Source: a virus
Taxonomy: Duplodnaviria > Caudoviricetes
Direction: 5' to 3' (one strand)
IMG/VR virus record: IMGVR_UViG_3300046779_000136
Location: 1 to 32,469 of that record
Length of the DNA: 32,469 nucleotides
In this document: positions 7,463-14,806 of the stretch, in pieces
Numbering within the stretch: the stretch's first letter is position 1
Layout of the letters: each line of letters opens with the position of its first letter
Notes under the pieces: model-generated
What the model was told of the DNA's origin: nothing
The model's input: the letters and a program-made list of their open reading frames with translations, nothing else
Databases searched by the model: none
Program-made: the position numbers and the translations under genes

Positions 7463-7925
7463 CATCATATTAGAACTTTGGGAGAGCCGAGAACTAAAGG
7501 AAGCAATAGACAAAATGCAGCCTGAAGATTTACGAGACGATTTAAGAAGCGAATTATTTAAGGTGCTATGTGAAATGGACGAAGAGCGTTTAATAGATAT
7601 GCGTACACGCAACGTATTAAAGTTTTACTTGGTTAGAACAATGATTAATATGATGCAAAGTAATACAAGCCAATTTTATAGAACATACCGCAAACCTTTA
7701 GAAGTAGAATTAATAGTACACGACAGAGACGAAGATTTACTTAATAAAGTAGAAGACGAACTATCTAAGATGCACTGGTACAAAGCAGAACTATTAAGAG
7801 TTTATGCAATAAAGCATAATTGCAACGCTAAAGAATTAAGCAGGGTAACAGGCATCCCGTATATGTCAATCCATAGGGAACTTAAGCTAACTAAACGAGA
7901 ACTAAAAAAACAATTACGCAAATGA
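7449..7925 (+). CDS. ECF/sigma70-like RNA polymerase sigma factor
   Basis: Region 2-like DDLRSELF..L...FYLVRTM.N; region 4-like HTH (NAKELSRVTGIPYMSIHREL). Confidence 0.65.
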   Translation: MNKNSIILELWESRELKEAIDKMQPEDLRDDLRSELFKVLCEMDEERLIDMRTRNVLKFYLVRTMINMMQSNTSQFYRTYRKPLEVELIVHDRDEDLLNKVEDELSKMHWYKAELLRVYAIKHNCNAKELSRVTGIPYMSIHRELKLTKRELKKQLRK

Positions 7926-7931
7926 TAAAAT

Positions 7932-8085
7932 AGTCAGGTGGCGGAATGGTAGACGCTATGAAACTAAGGATATGGGGATTATGCACTCGGTAAACCTACG
8001 CATAAGGGTAAAGTGGTTCAGAAGATAACCCGGAACGGAAAGTCCTTAGCAATCCACTGTACAGGTTCGAATCCTGTCCTGACTA
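7932..8085 (+). ncRNA. tRNA-like RNA (Leu-type D arm) with a ~100-nt structured insert replacing the anticodon/variable arms
   Basis: Acceptor stem AGTCAGG/CCTGACT plus discriminator A; T8, D arm GCGGAATGGTAGACGC; T arm ACAGG-TTCGAAT-CCTGT. No canonical anticodon arm and no encoded CCA. Confidence 0.8.
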
Positions 8086-8099
8086 CAAAAAATAAAATT

Positions 8100-8333
8100 A
8101 TGATAATTATAGCAGCAATATGCTTTGCAATATTCTTTGTAGAGATACACCAATTCCATAGGAAGTGGAAATTAGATTTTAAGCCGTTTAGTTGCACGAG
8201 TTGTTTAGCAGCTTGGACAGGATTAGCTTTATATTTACTACCTGCAATATGTACCGACATAATTGCGTTTGTATTTATACCAGGAGTTGCAGCACCTTTA
8301 ATCTCAAAACTAATGTGGAACTTATGGAAATAG
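8100..8333 (+). CDS. Small membrane protein with KPFSCxxC motif (DUF1360-like)
   Basis: About three hydrophobic segments and KPFSCTSCLAAW; true start is ATG 8100, downstream of the tRNA-like RNA. Confidence 0.7.
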   Translation: MIIIAAICFAIFFVEIHQFHRKWKLDFKPFSCTSCLAAWTGLALYLLPAICTDIIAFVFIPGVAAPLISKLMWNLWK

Positions 8334-8602
8334 AACATAGAAATTATTTAGACTTACATAGACCAAATTACGAAATGGTGCAGAATGGTTATGTGCGTAA
8401 TATAGATTTAGACATCTTAAAAATGTACGAGCATATATACCGAAAGTATATGAACCCAGATTTTATATTGACAGTATGGTGCAGCCATTGTATTTTTGAT
8501 ATGATTAAAAGACTTTACGAATGGTACGACTTACAACCAAATGATGACTTAGTAATTACATTTATTACAGACGAAGTTAAAAAACGTAAGAAGCGCAAAT
8601 GA
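8324..8602 (+). CDS. Hypothetical protein with CxxC motif
   Basis: WCSHC; ATG 8324 overlaps the upstream gene. Confidence 0.7.
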   Translation: MEIEHRNYLDLHRPNYEMVQNGYVRNIDLDILKMYEHIYRKYMNPDFILTVWCSHCIFDMIKRLYEWYDLQPNDDLVITFITDEVKKRKKRK

Positions 8603-9594
8603 GAATACTTTGTATAACTTCAGCTAACTCAGGTGTTGGACTGCACCGAATAATGATGCCAGTAGTACACTTAGAAAAGGAGTATGCCTTAATTACAGAT
8701 GTACTTAATGACGAACTACTTGAGCAAGGGTGGGATATTGTTCTAATCAATAGAATGCTTAATGAGATTACGGCAGAACAAATGGATACTTGGCGCACAA
8801 AATATGGCTTTAAATTAGTAGTCGATAACGATGACCATTGGGAACTTAGCGAAACACATATTTTATATTGGAGATATAAGTATAACAACATAGGTAAACA
8901 GATTACCGACTTTTTACAAATAGCTGACCTATGCACCTGTACACACGAAAGGTTGGCAGAAGAGATACTTCCTTACAATAAAAACGTTCACATACTACCA
9001 AACGCATTACCATACGGGCAAGAGCAGTTTACAGATAACAAGACAGAAGATTACAAAGTAAGATTATTTTGGAGCGGAAGCGGAACGCACGAACGAGATT
9101 TAGAATTGATAAGGCAACCTTTCAAACGTTTGCAAGGTATGAACATAAGAACAATTATAGCAGGATATAATGATGCAGAAAAGCCTATATGGGATAAAAT
9201 GATTGATGCCTTCACTTGTGGACTAAAGCTTAACCCTACTATCTACAACTATGCAAGAGTAACTGAATATATGGGTGCTTATACTGACTCGGACATTTCA
9301 GTTATTCCATTGGTAGATAACAAGTTCAATGCTATGAAGTCAAACCTAAAAGTATTAGAAACGGCTTCCAAAAAGAACCCTGCCATAGTTAGCTATGTTA
9401 ACCCTTACTTAGATATGCCCGTTCACTATGTTAAAAGCCAAAAGGATTGGTATAAACATATACGAGATTTAGTAAGCGATTCCGATATGAGAAAGGAAAG
9501 CGGACAAAAGTTATTTGAGTTCTGCCAAAAGAAGTATAACTTTGAGGAGATAAATTTAGACCGAAAGTATATTTATAGTAAACTATGCCAGTAA
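8599..9594 (+). CDS. Glycosyltransferase, GT-B fold (GT4-like)
   Basis: SGVGLHRI, VVDNDDHW, LPNAL, W.GSGTH..DL, PL.DNKFN.MKSNLKVLE. Confidence 0.88.
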   Translation: MRILCITSANSGVGLHRIMMPVVHLEKEYALITDVLNDELLEQGWDIVLINRMLNEITAEQMDTWRTKYGFKLVVDNDDHWELSETHILYWRYKYNNIGKQITDFLQIADLCTCTHERLAEEILPYNKNVHILPNALPYGQEQFTDNKTEDYKVRLFWSGSGTHERDLELIRQPFKRLQGMNIRTIIAGYNDAEKPIWDKMIDAFTCGLKLNPTIYNYARVTEYMGAYTDSDISVIPLVDNKFNAMKSNLKVLETASKKNPAIVSYVNPYLDMPVHYVKSQKDWYKHIRDLVSDSDMRKESGQKLFEFCQKKYNFEEINLDRKYIYSKLCQ

Positions 9595-10007
9595 CACAAT
9601 GCAGTTCAGGAAAATGGAAAATCGGACAAGGCGGCTGCGTGTACGATACCGAAGAGAAAGCTATGCAAGTTTGGAAGGCTATCCTTTCAGGTGGTAAATT
9701 TGCTGAAAGTTACACCGACTATCCAAAGGCGGCAAGTGAAAATGCTAAGATTGCTATTAACTATGCAGAAGAGAATGGCTGGGGAAGTTGCTTAGAGGCA
9801 ACAGGAAAGGCGAGGGCAAGGCAGTTAGCTAATAGAGAACCAATTAGTAGAGACACGATTGCACGAATGGCATCTTTTGCAAGGCATAAACAACATAGCG
9901 ATAGAAAATTAGGAGATGGGTGCGGTCGATTAGCTTGGTTAGCGTGGGGCGGAGACGAGGGTGTTGAGTGGGCAAGTAGAAAACTAAAAGAAATAGACAA
10001 TAAATAA
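9585..10007 (+). CDS. Hypothetical phage protein (SYTDYP...WGG motif), possibly head-associated
   Basis: 140 aa; preceded by the ATATTTA motif found before virion genes. Confidence 0.6.
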   Translation: MPVTQCSSGKWKIGQGGCVYDTEEKAMQVWKAILSGGKFAESYTDYPKAASENAKIAINYAEENGWGSCLEATGKARARQLANREPISRDTIARMASFARHKQHSDRKLGDGCGRLAWLAWGGDEGVEWASRKLKEIDNK

Positions 10008-10064
10008 TTTTCATAGTTAAATTTTTTTAATTATTAATCATCGGAGAAATTTAATGGGGAAGCT

Positions 10065-10319
10065 ATGAAAAAACACACACAAATTTATTTGCAGGGAATG
10101 GGGTATAAAACAAGTGACTTCGTTCCCTGTGAAGTGTGTGGGTGTCAAGCAGTAGATGTGCATCATATTGAAGCGAGAGGAATGGGTGGGTCAAACGATA
10201 AAGACACGATTGAGAACTTAATGGGGTTATGTAGAAAGTGCCACATAGATTTTGGAGACAAGAAACAATATAAAGAGTTTTTAATAGATATACATAAACA
10301 AAACTACCGATGCTATTAA
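10065..10319 (+). CDS. HNH endonuclease
   Basis: CEVCG..AVDVHHI...ENLMGLCRKCH; lies upstream of the terminase genes. Confidence 0.92.
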   Translation: MKKHTQIYLQGMGYKTSDFVPCEVCGCQAVDVHHIEARGMGGSNDKDTIENLMGLCRKCHIDFGDKKQYKEFLIDIHKQNYRCY

Positions 10320-10843
10320 CTGAACAAGAGTTCTTAGAATACGAACTTAACCACGGAATAGGAATGCACAATGACTTTTTTAAGGACTTGGCACGAAATA
10401 CTGTTGCACAGATTGAAGACTTGCCTGTTGTGTCTGTATTAGATTACGGAGCAGGAACTGGAGTTTATAGCGATGCTTACTTCAAAGCAGGTTATCATAT
10501 TGTAGCTTTTGAGATATTTAAGTCGCATCAAGATTATATGAAAAAGAACGTAGCATATGTAGAAATATTAGACGAGCCTATTACTACCGACTTGCTTAAT
10601 TTCATAGAGACGGCAGAGCATATGACCGACAAAGAACTTGATTACTTGTTTAGTAAGATAGAGCCTAATTACATTTTGTTTAGTAGCACATCACAAAGAG
10701 TTCCTGGCTTTGACGAACAATGGGGGCATTGTAACATCAAGGAACAAGACGAATGGGATACCTACTTTAAAACAAAAGGATATAACAAAATAAAAGATTT
10801 ATCACAACCTACAACTTGGAGCAAATTATATGGCAAAGATTAA
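10310..10843 (+). CDS. Class I SAM-dependent methyltransferase (small-molecule/glycan type)
   Basis: VLDYGAGTG motif I, ETAEHM, GHCN; no DPPY/NPPY or PC DNA-MTase motif. Confidence 0.85.
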   Translation: MLLTEQEFLEYELNHGIGMHNDFFKDLARNTVAQIEDLPVVSVLDYGAGTGVYSDAYFKAGYHIVAFEIFKSHQDYMKKNVAYVEILDEPITTDLLNFIETAEHMTDKELDYLFSKIEPNYILFSSTSQRVPGFDEQWGHCNIKEQDEWDTYFKTKGYNKIKDLSQPTTWSKLYGKD

Positions 10844-10952
10844 AGAAAATAGTTCAAAGGTAAACTTCGGAAAGCGAAAGCGAGGCTCTGCAAAGAAGTC
10901 CTATAATAAGCATAACCCAAGACCAAAAGCATATAAAGGTCAAGGCAGATGA
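10830..10952 (+). CDS. 40-aa very basic peptide ending YKGQGR (not in ORF track)
   Basis: MAKIKENSSKVNFGKRKRGSAKKSYNKHNPRPKAYKGQGR fills the gap; ATGA overlap with the next gene. Confidence 0.7.
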   Translation: MAKIKENSSKVNFGKRKRGSAKKSYNKHNPRPKAYKGQGR

Positions 10953-11170
10953 GAAAGCTAAATGCTATATGGCTACTCCTTACGCACAAAGCTTACTTCC
11001 TTGCGGTATGTAAGACGGGTAAAAACGGAGACGATATGACTACTATAGGACACTACACCTATGCAATGGCAGAAACTTTAATTAACAAACATATAGCAGA
11101 CGTAGATACATACCTCGACCAAGAAGATGCTTTAGACGAAGCAAACGACATAATTAACGGAATACTATGA
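10949..11170 (+). CDS. Hypothetical protein
   Basis: 73 aa, ATGA-coupled. Confidence 0.7.
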   Translation: MRKLNAIWLLLTHKAYFLAVCKTGKNGDDMTTIGHYTYAMAETLINKHIADVDTYLDQEDALDEANDIINGIL

Positions 11171-11520
11171 TATTACTATCAAGCCAAATAGAAAGCATTG
11201 CCTCACGCAAAGACAAGACAATCAAGCTAACCTTAGCAACCCAAGAACTAAGTCCTAAAGATGCAGCTTCTTTGTTTCAGCTTAATCAACAGTTCTGCTA
11301 CTTAGCAATTAAAGAAGAGCCGTTTAGTAAAGAAGAGCAAGACGTAATAGAAAACCTAAAGGCTGACCCTGACACCTTTAAAACACCGAGCCAAAGATTA
11401 AGGGGCATCTTATACAAAACATACGAACAAGACAACGAAGGTTACAAAGATTTTAACACATATTACTTATCCGTAATGGATAGGATATGTCAGCACTATA
11501 AAAACAAGATAGATGGGTAG
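11167..11520 (+). CDS. Hypothetical phage protein
   Basis: 117 aa, coupled; KTPSQRLRGILY motif. Confidence 0.7.
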   Translation: MILLSSQIESIASRKDKTIKLTLATQELSPKDAASLFQLNQQFCYLAIKEEPFSKEEQDVIENLKADPDTFKTPSQRLRGILYKTYEQDNEGYKDFNTYYLSVMDRICQHYKNKIDG

Positions 11521-11923
11521 GTTTAAACTTATAGAGACACCAGAACTAATGCTTCAATACTTTAACGAGTACGCAGAATACTGCAAAAGCAATCCTATTA
11601 AAGTACACGACTTTGTAGGTAAAGACGGAGATGAAGTTTATAGGTTAAGGGAGCGACCTTTGACAATAGAAGGCTTTGAAAACTTTTGCGCAGACAAAGG
11701 AATTATTGGAGATTTAAGCCATTACTTTGCTAATACAAATAATGCTTACGCAGATTTTTTAACCATCTGTTCGCATATTAGGAAAAAAATTAGGCAAGAC
11801 CAAATCGAAGGTGGTATGGCAGGGGTTTACAATCCAAGCATAACGCAGCGATTAAATAGCTTAGTAGAGAAGTCAGAAAACAAACACGAAGTAAGCGAGA
11901 TTAAAATAACTTACGATAGATAA
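11513..11923 (+). CDS. terS: Terminase small subunit (P22 gp3-like)
   Basis: RPLTIEGF.NF, DQIEGGMAGVYNPSITQRL; directly upstream of TerL. Confidence 0.85.
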   Translation: MGRFKLIETPELMLQYFNEYAEYCKSNPIKVHDFVGKDGDEVYRLRERPLTIEGFENFCADKGIIGDLSHYFANTNNAYADFLTICSHIRKKIRQDQIEGGMAGVYNPSITQRLNSLVEKSENKHEVSEIKITYDR

Positions 11924-13089
11924 TGCAGACAGTAGGCTTGAAATTACATAACCCACACCCAGCGCAGAAGCAAGTACTTGACTGCGACAGTAGATTTATT
12001 GTAATGATGGCAGGTCGTAGGTTTGGTAAGTCATTGATTAGTCAAACAATCAGCATAGAAACTGCGGTTAATAAAAAGCGTGTAGCTTACATTACACCGA
12101 CTTACCAATTAGGCAAGATATTCTTTAAGGAAATAGTAGACCTATTACCTTTAGAGATATACTCTAAGAACGAAAGCGACTTAGTTATTACATTCATAAC
12201 GGGTGGGAGCATACGCTTTTTTACGGGCGAAAGGTTAGACAATCTGCGTGGTTTAAAGTTTCACTTAGCCGTAATAGATGAGGCTTCCTTTATACCTAAC
12301 CTTGAAGATGGGTGGCTAAACTCAATAAGACCTACCTTAACTGACTATAAGGGTAAGGCAATATTTTTAAGCACCCCTAAAGGTAAAAACTACTTCTTTA
12401 GTTTGTTTAGCAAAGCAGAACCCGATTGGCAAAGCTTTAAATTCACTACATATGATAACCCATACATAGACCCGAACGAAATAGACGATGCCCGTAGGCA
12501 ATTACCCGAGGTTGTGTTTGAGCAGGAGTATATGGCAAACCCTGCCGAGAACGCAGCAAACCCTTTTGGTAGCCAACACATACGAAAGTGCATACACCCA
12601 GTAACAAAAATGCCAGTTGTAGCTTATGGGATTGACTTAGCTAAGTCGGTCGATTGGACTGTTATCGTAGGTTTAGACGAAGACGGAAACGTGGCTTATT
12701 TTGACCGCTTCCAAATGGATTGGCACAATACCAAGCAAACTATCCTTAGGCTGCCAAAATGCCCTATCCTTGTCGATTCTACGGGGGTTGGCGACCCTAT
12801 CCTCGAGGACTTACAAAGAGAAGGGGTAATGATACAAGGCTTAAAGTTTACAAGTTCAAGTAAGCAGCAGCTAATGGAAGGCTTACAAGCTGCAATACAT
12901 CAAGGTAAAATAGGCTACCCAGAGGGGATAATAAGCCAGGAACTTGAAGTATTTGAGTATCAATACACGGCAACGGGGGTTAAGTACTCCGCACCTTCAG
13001 GCTTTCACGACGATGCGGTAATGGCTTTGGCTTTGGCTTGGCAGAACTTCAGCCTTAAACGTGGCACGGGTAGGTACGCATTCCTATAA
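11923..13089 (+). CDS. terL: Terminase large subunit
   Basis: HPAQ Q-motif, Walker A AGRRFGKS, Walker B VIDEA, STP coupling motif, RNase H nuclease GIDLA...HDDAVMA. Confidence 0.97.
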   Translation: MQTVGLKLHNPHPAQKQVLDCDSRFIVMMAGRRFGKSLISQTISIETAVNKKRVAYITPTYQLGKIFFKEIVDLLPLEIYSKNESDLVITFITGGSIRFFTGERLDNLRGLKFHLAVIDEASFIPNLEDGWLNSIRPTLTDYKGKAIFLSTPKGKNYFFSLFSKAEPDWQSFKFTTYDNPYIDPNEIDDARRQLPEVVFEQEYMANPAENAANPFGSQHIRKCIHPVTKMPVVAYGIDLAKSVDWTVIVGLDEDGNVAYFDRFQMDWHNTKQTILRLPKCPILVDSTGVGDPILEDLQREGVMIQGLKFTSSSKQQLMEGLQAAIHQGKIGYPEGIISQELEVFEYQYTATGVKYSAPSGFHDDAVMALALAWQNFSLKRGTGRYAFL

Positions 13090-13165
13090 CCGCTTATCCT
13101 TGATATTTACCGCTCATCACAATTTTAAAAAAAAGTTTCACAATTTGATTGTGTAATGTGAAAAG

Positions 13166-13182
13166 GTTGTATATTTGTGTAA
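13166..13182 (+). promoter_or_regulatory. Second early-type promoter (TAnnTTTG)
   Basis: GTTGTATATTTGTGTAA is identical to 3225-3241; an upstream TTTG lies inside the CACAAT-TTG-ATTGTG palindrome (13139-13153). Confidence 0.75.
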
Positions 13183-13197
13183 CAAAAGCAAATAACA

Positions 13198-13452
13198 ATG
13201 AACTACGAATTAAAAGTTACAGAAACCAACAACAAAGCAGCAAAGTTTATTTACCAAGTAATTGACGAAGCTGGTAACGTAATTACTGAACGCAAAAGCA
13301 ACAAAGAATATGTAGCTTGTACTGCTGACGGAGTTTACTTTTTTGGTAGATTAGATTTAATTGGAAAGGGTAATCACGGAGTAGAAATGAAATTTTTGGC
13401 TAATAATCTTGAAGGCTACAAACTTAGAAGGATTATAGCTTACAAAAAATAA
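13198..13452 (+). CDS. Hypothetical early protein
   Basis: 84 aa, first ORF after the promoter. Confidence 0.75.
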   Translation: MNYELKVTETNNKAAKFIYQVIDEAGNVITERKSNKEYVACTADGVYFFGRLDLIGKGNHGVEMKFLANNLEGYKLRRIIAYKK

Positions 13453-13509
13453 TACAAAATAGGGGTGCGACTATTCAACGCACAATTTAACTAACTAAAC
13501 ACAAACACA

Positions 13510-13596
13510 ATGAAAAAAGAAACCGCACAACTTTTAGCCGTATTTTTAGTAGCTTGTTACCTTTTAGGACAACTTCAAGACTTCTACTCAAAATGA
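13510..13596 (+). CDS. 28-aa hydrophobic micropeptide (not in ORF track)
   Basis: MKKETAQLLAVFLVACYLLGQLQDFYSK with leader aaacacaaacacaATG. Confidence 0.6.
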   Translation: MKKETAQLLAVFLVACYLLGQLQDFYSK

Positions 13597-13718
13597 TTTA
13601 CGCTATTTGCCTTCTGCTAATTGCAACAGGTTTTGTAATGGCAGCCTTAACTGACTACACAATTAAACACTATGACCCAAAGCACAAAAGAATACATAGA
13701 CAAGTATTACGCAAGTGA
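13593..13718 (+). CDS. 41-aa membrane micropeptide (not in ORF track)
   Basis: ATGA-coupled; MIYAICLLLIATGFVMAAL followed by a basic tail. Confidence 0.55.
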   Translation: MIYAICLLLIATGFVMAALTDYTIKHYDPKHKRIHRQVLRK

Positions 13719-13884
13719 GCCGATTAGTATTATGATGACTAACATCGATGCCACTTACTTAGAGATACTTACTTACTGCAAAGAGAAAGGATATGAGCCT
13801 TCTAAACGCAAAATGCGTAAGCCTGAAGATGCAACTAAAGTAGGCTTTTTTGACATTGATAATTACAAACCAGAAACAATATAA
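13672..13884 (+). CDS. Hypothetical protein
   Basis: 70-aa ORF. Confidence 0.65.
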   Translation: MTQSTKEYIDKYYASEPISIMMTNIDATYLEILTYCKEKGYEPSKRKMRKPEDATKVGFFDIDNYKPETI

Positions 13885-13977
13885 AATTAGAAATATAATT
13901 CTAATTAATTAAAAACAAGCTATTTAAAAACAATTATTCAATCAAATTAGAAACATAATTCCAAAAACAAATAACCT

Positions 13978-14241
13978 ATGAAACTATATACAGAAGAACA
14001 AGTAGTACAAATTGTATCTTGGCTTACTACTGATGATATAACTAGAGAAGATATTAAATCAAAATTAAAAGGTTTAATTCAAATAAATGCTTTAACATCA
14101 ATAGAACTACCAAGTGATGAGGATATAGAGGATAATGCTTATACAGATAAGACAGTAGCTAAATGGGAGTATGAAAGACAAGTTGGATTTGAAAGAGGTG
14201 CTAAATGGATGAAAGAACAAATACTTAATCAAAACAAATAA
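13978..14241 (+). CDS. Hypothetical accessory protein
   Basis: 87 aa, flanked by the 17-bp direct repeat AAAACAAATAACCTATG. Confidence 0.75.
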   Translation: MKLYTEEQVVQIVSWLTTDDITREDIKSKLKGLIQINALTSIELPSDEDIEDNAYTDKTVAKWEYERQVGFERGAKWMKEQILNQNK

Positions 14242-14244
14242 CCT

Positions 14245-14709
14245 ATGGAATTACAACAAATCTTCGAAACAACAAAAGAACAACGCATTGAGTTTACCCA
14301 TCAATTAATTGAACGCTTAAATGCAGGGGAGTTAGACCCGTTAAAAACGCATCTACAAGTTAAAGCCTTAGAGGATATGCTTGAAACACTAAAGGCAAAT
14401 AAGGACTATAAAGATGCAGTATTACAAGCAGCCGTATTAAACGGCAAGGACTTTGAGTATATGAGCGCAAAGTTCAACATTAGAGAGGTAGGGGTTAAGT
14501 ATGACTTTAGCAAATGTGAAAGTCCTGCATACGAGGAGATTATGGCTGACTATAACGATGCAAGTAAGCGCAAAAAGGATATGGAAGACTTCTTAAAGAA
14601 AGTTCCGCATCAAGGACTTGATATTATTAACGGAGTTACTGGCGAGGTTACAAAAGTTTACCCACCTGCTAAGAGTAGCACAACAAGTGTAGCCGTATCA
14701 TTAAAGTAA
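14245..14709 (+). CDS. Hypothetical phage protein
   Basis: 154 aa, helical N-half, TGEV...PP C-terminus. Confidence 0.75.
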   Translation: MELQQIFETTKEQRIEFTHQLIERLNAGELDPLKTHLQVKALEDMLETLKANKDYKDAVLQAAVLNGKDFEYMSAKFNIREVGVKYDFSKCESPAYEEIMADYNDASKRKKDMEDFLKKVPHQGLDIINGVTGEVTKVYPPAKSSTTSVAVSLK

Positions 14710-14806
14710 TAAAAATATTGTACTTCTTTGCAATTTGCTTACCTTTGGCAGCGTTATGCTACATAGGTGGGCATCTTGCTTATGAGATAATGTTAAAACT
14801 AAGAAA

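Noticed and set aside
8019-8049. CAGAAGA...GAAA as a hammerhead core, and GGAAAGTCC as an RNase P P4 motif
   Set aside because: The core deviates from CUGANGA and the stems do not fit; the RNase P partner strand and required length are absent.
7932-8085. Functional decoding tRNA or group I intron-containing tRNA
   Set aside because: No anticodon stem-loop could be reconstructed, and the insert is too short with no recognisable group I core.
8013-8099. N-terminal extension of the 8013..8333 ORF (possible tmRNA-like tag frame)
   Set aside because: It runs through the T arm and acceptor stem of the tRNA-like RNA; there is no Ala identity or tag peptide, and ATG 8100 has the better leader.
10310-10843. 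DNA methyltransferase
   Set aside because: Only the SAM-binding motif I is present; no DPPY/NPPY/SPPY or PC catalytic motif.
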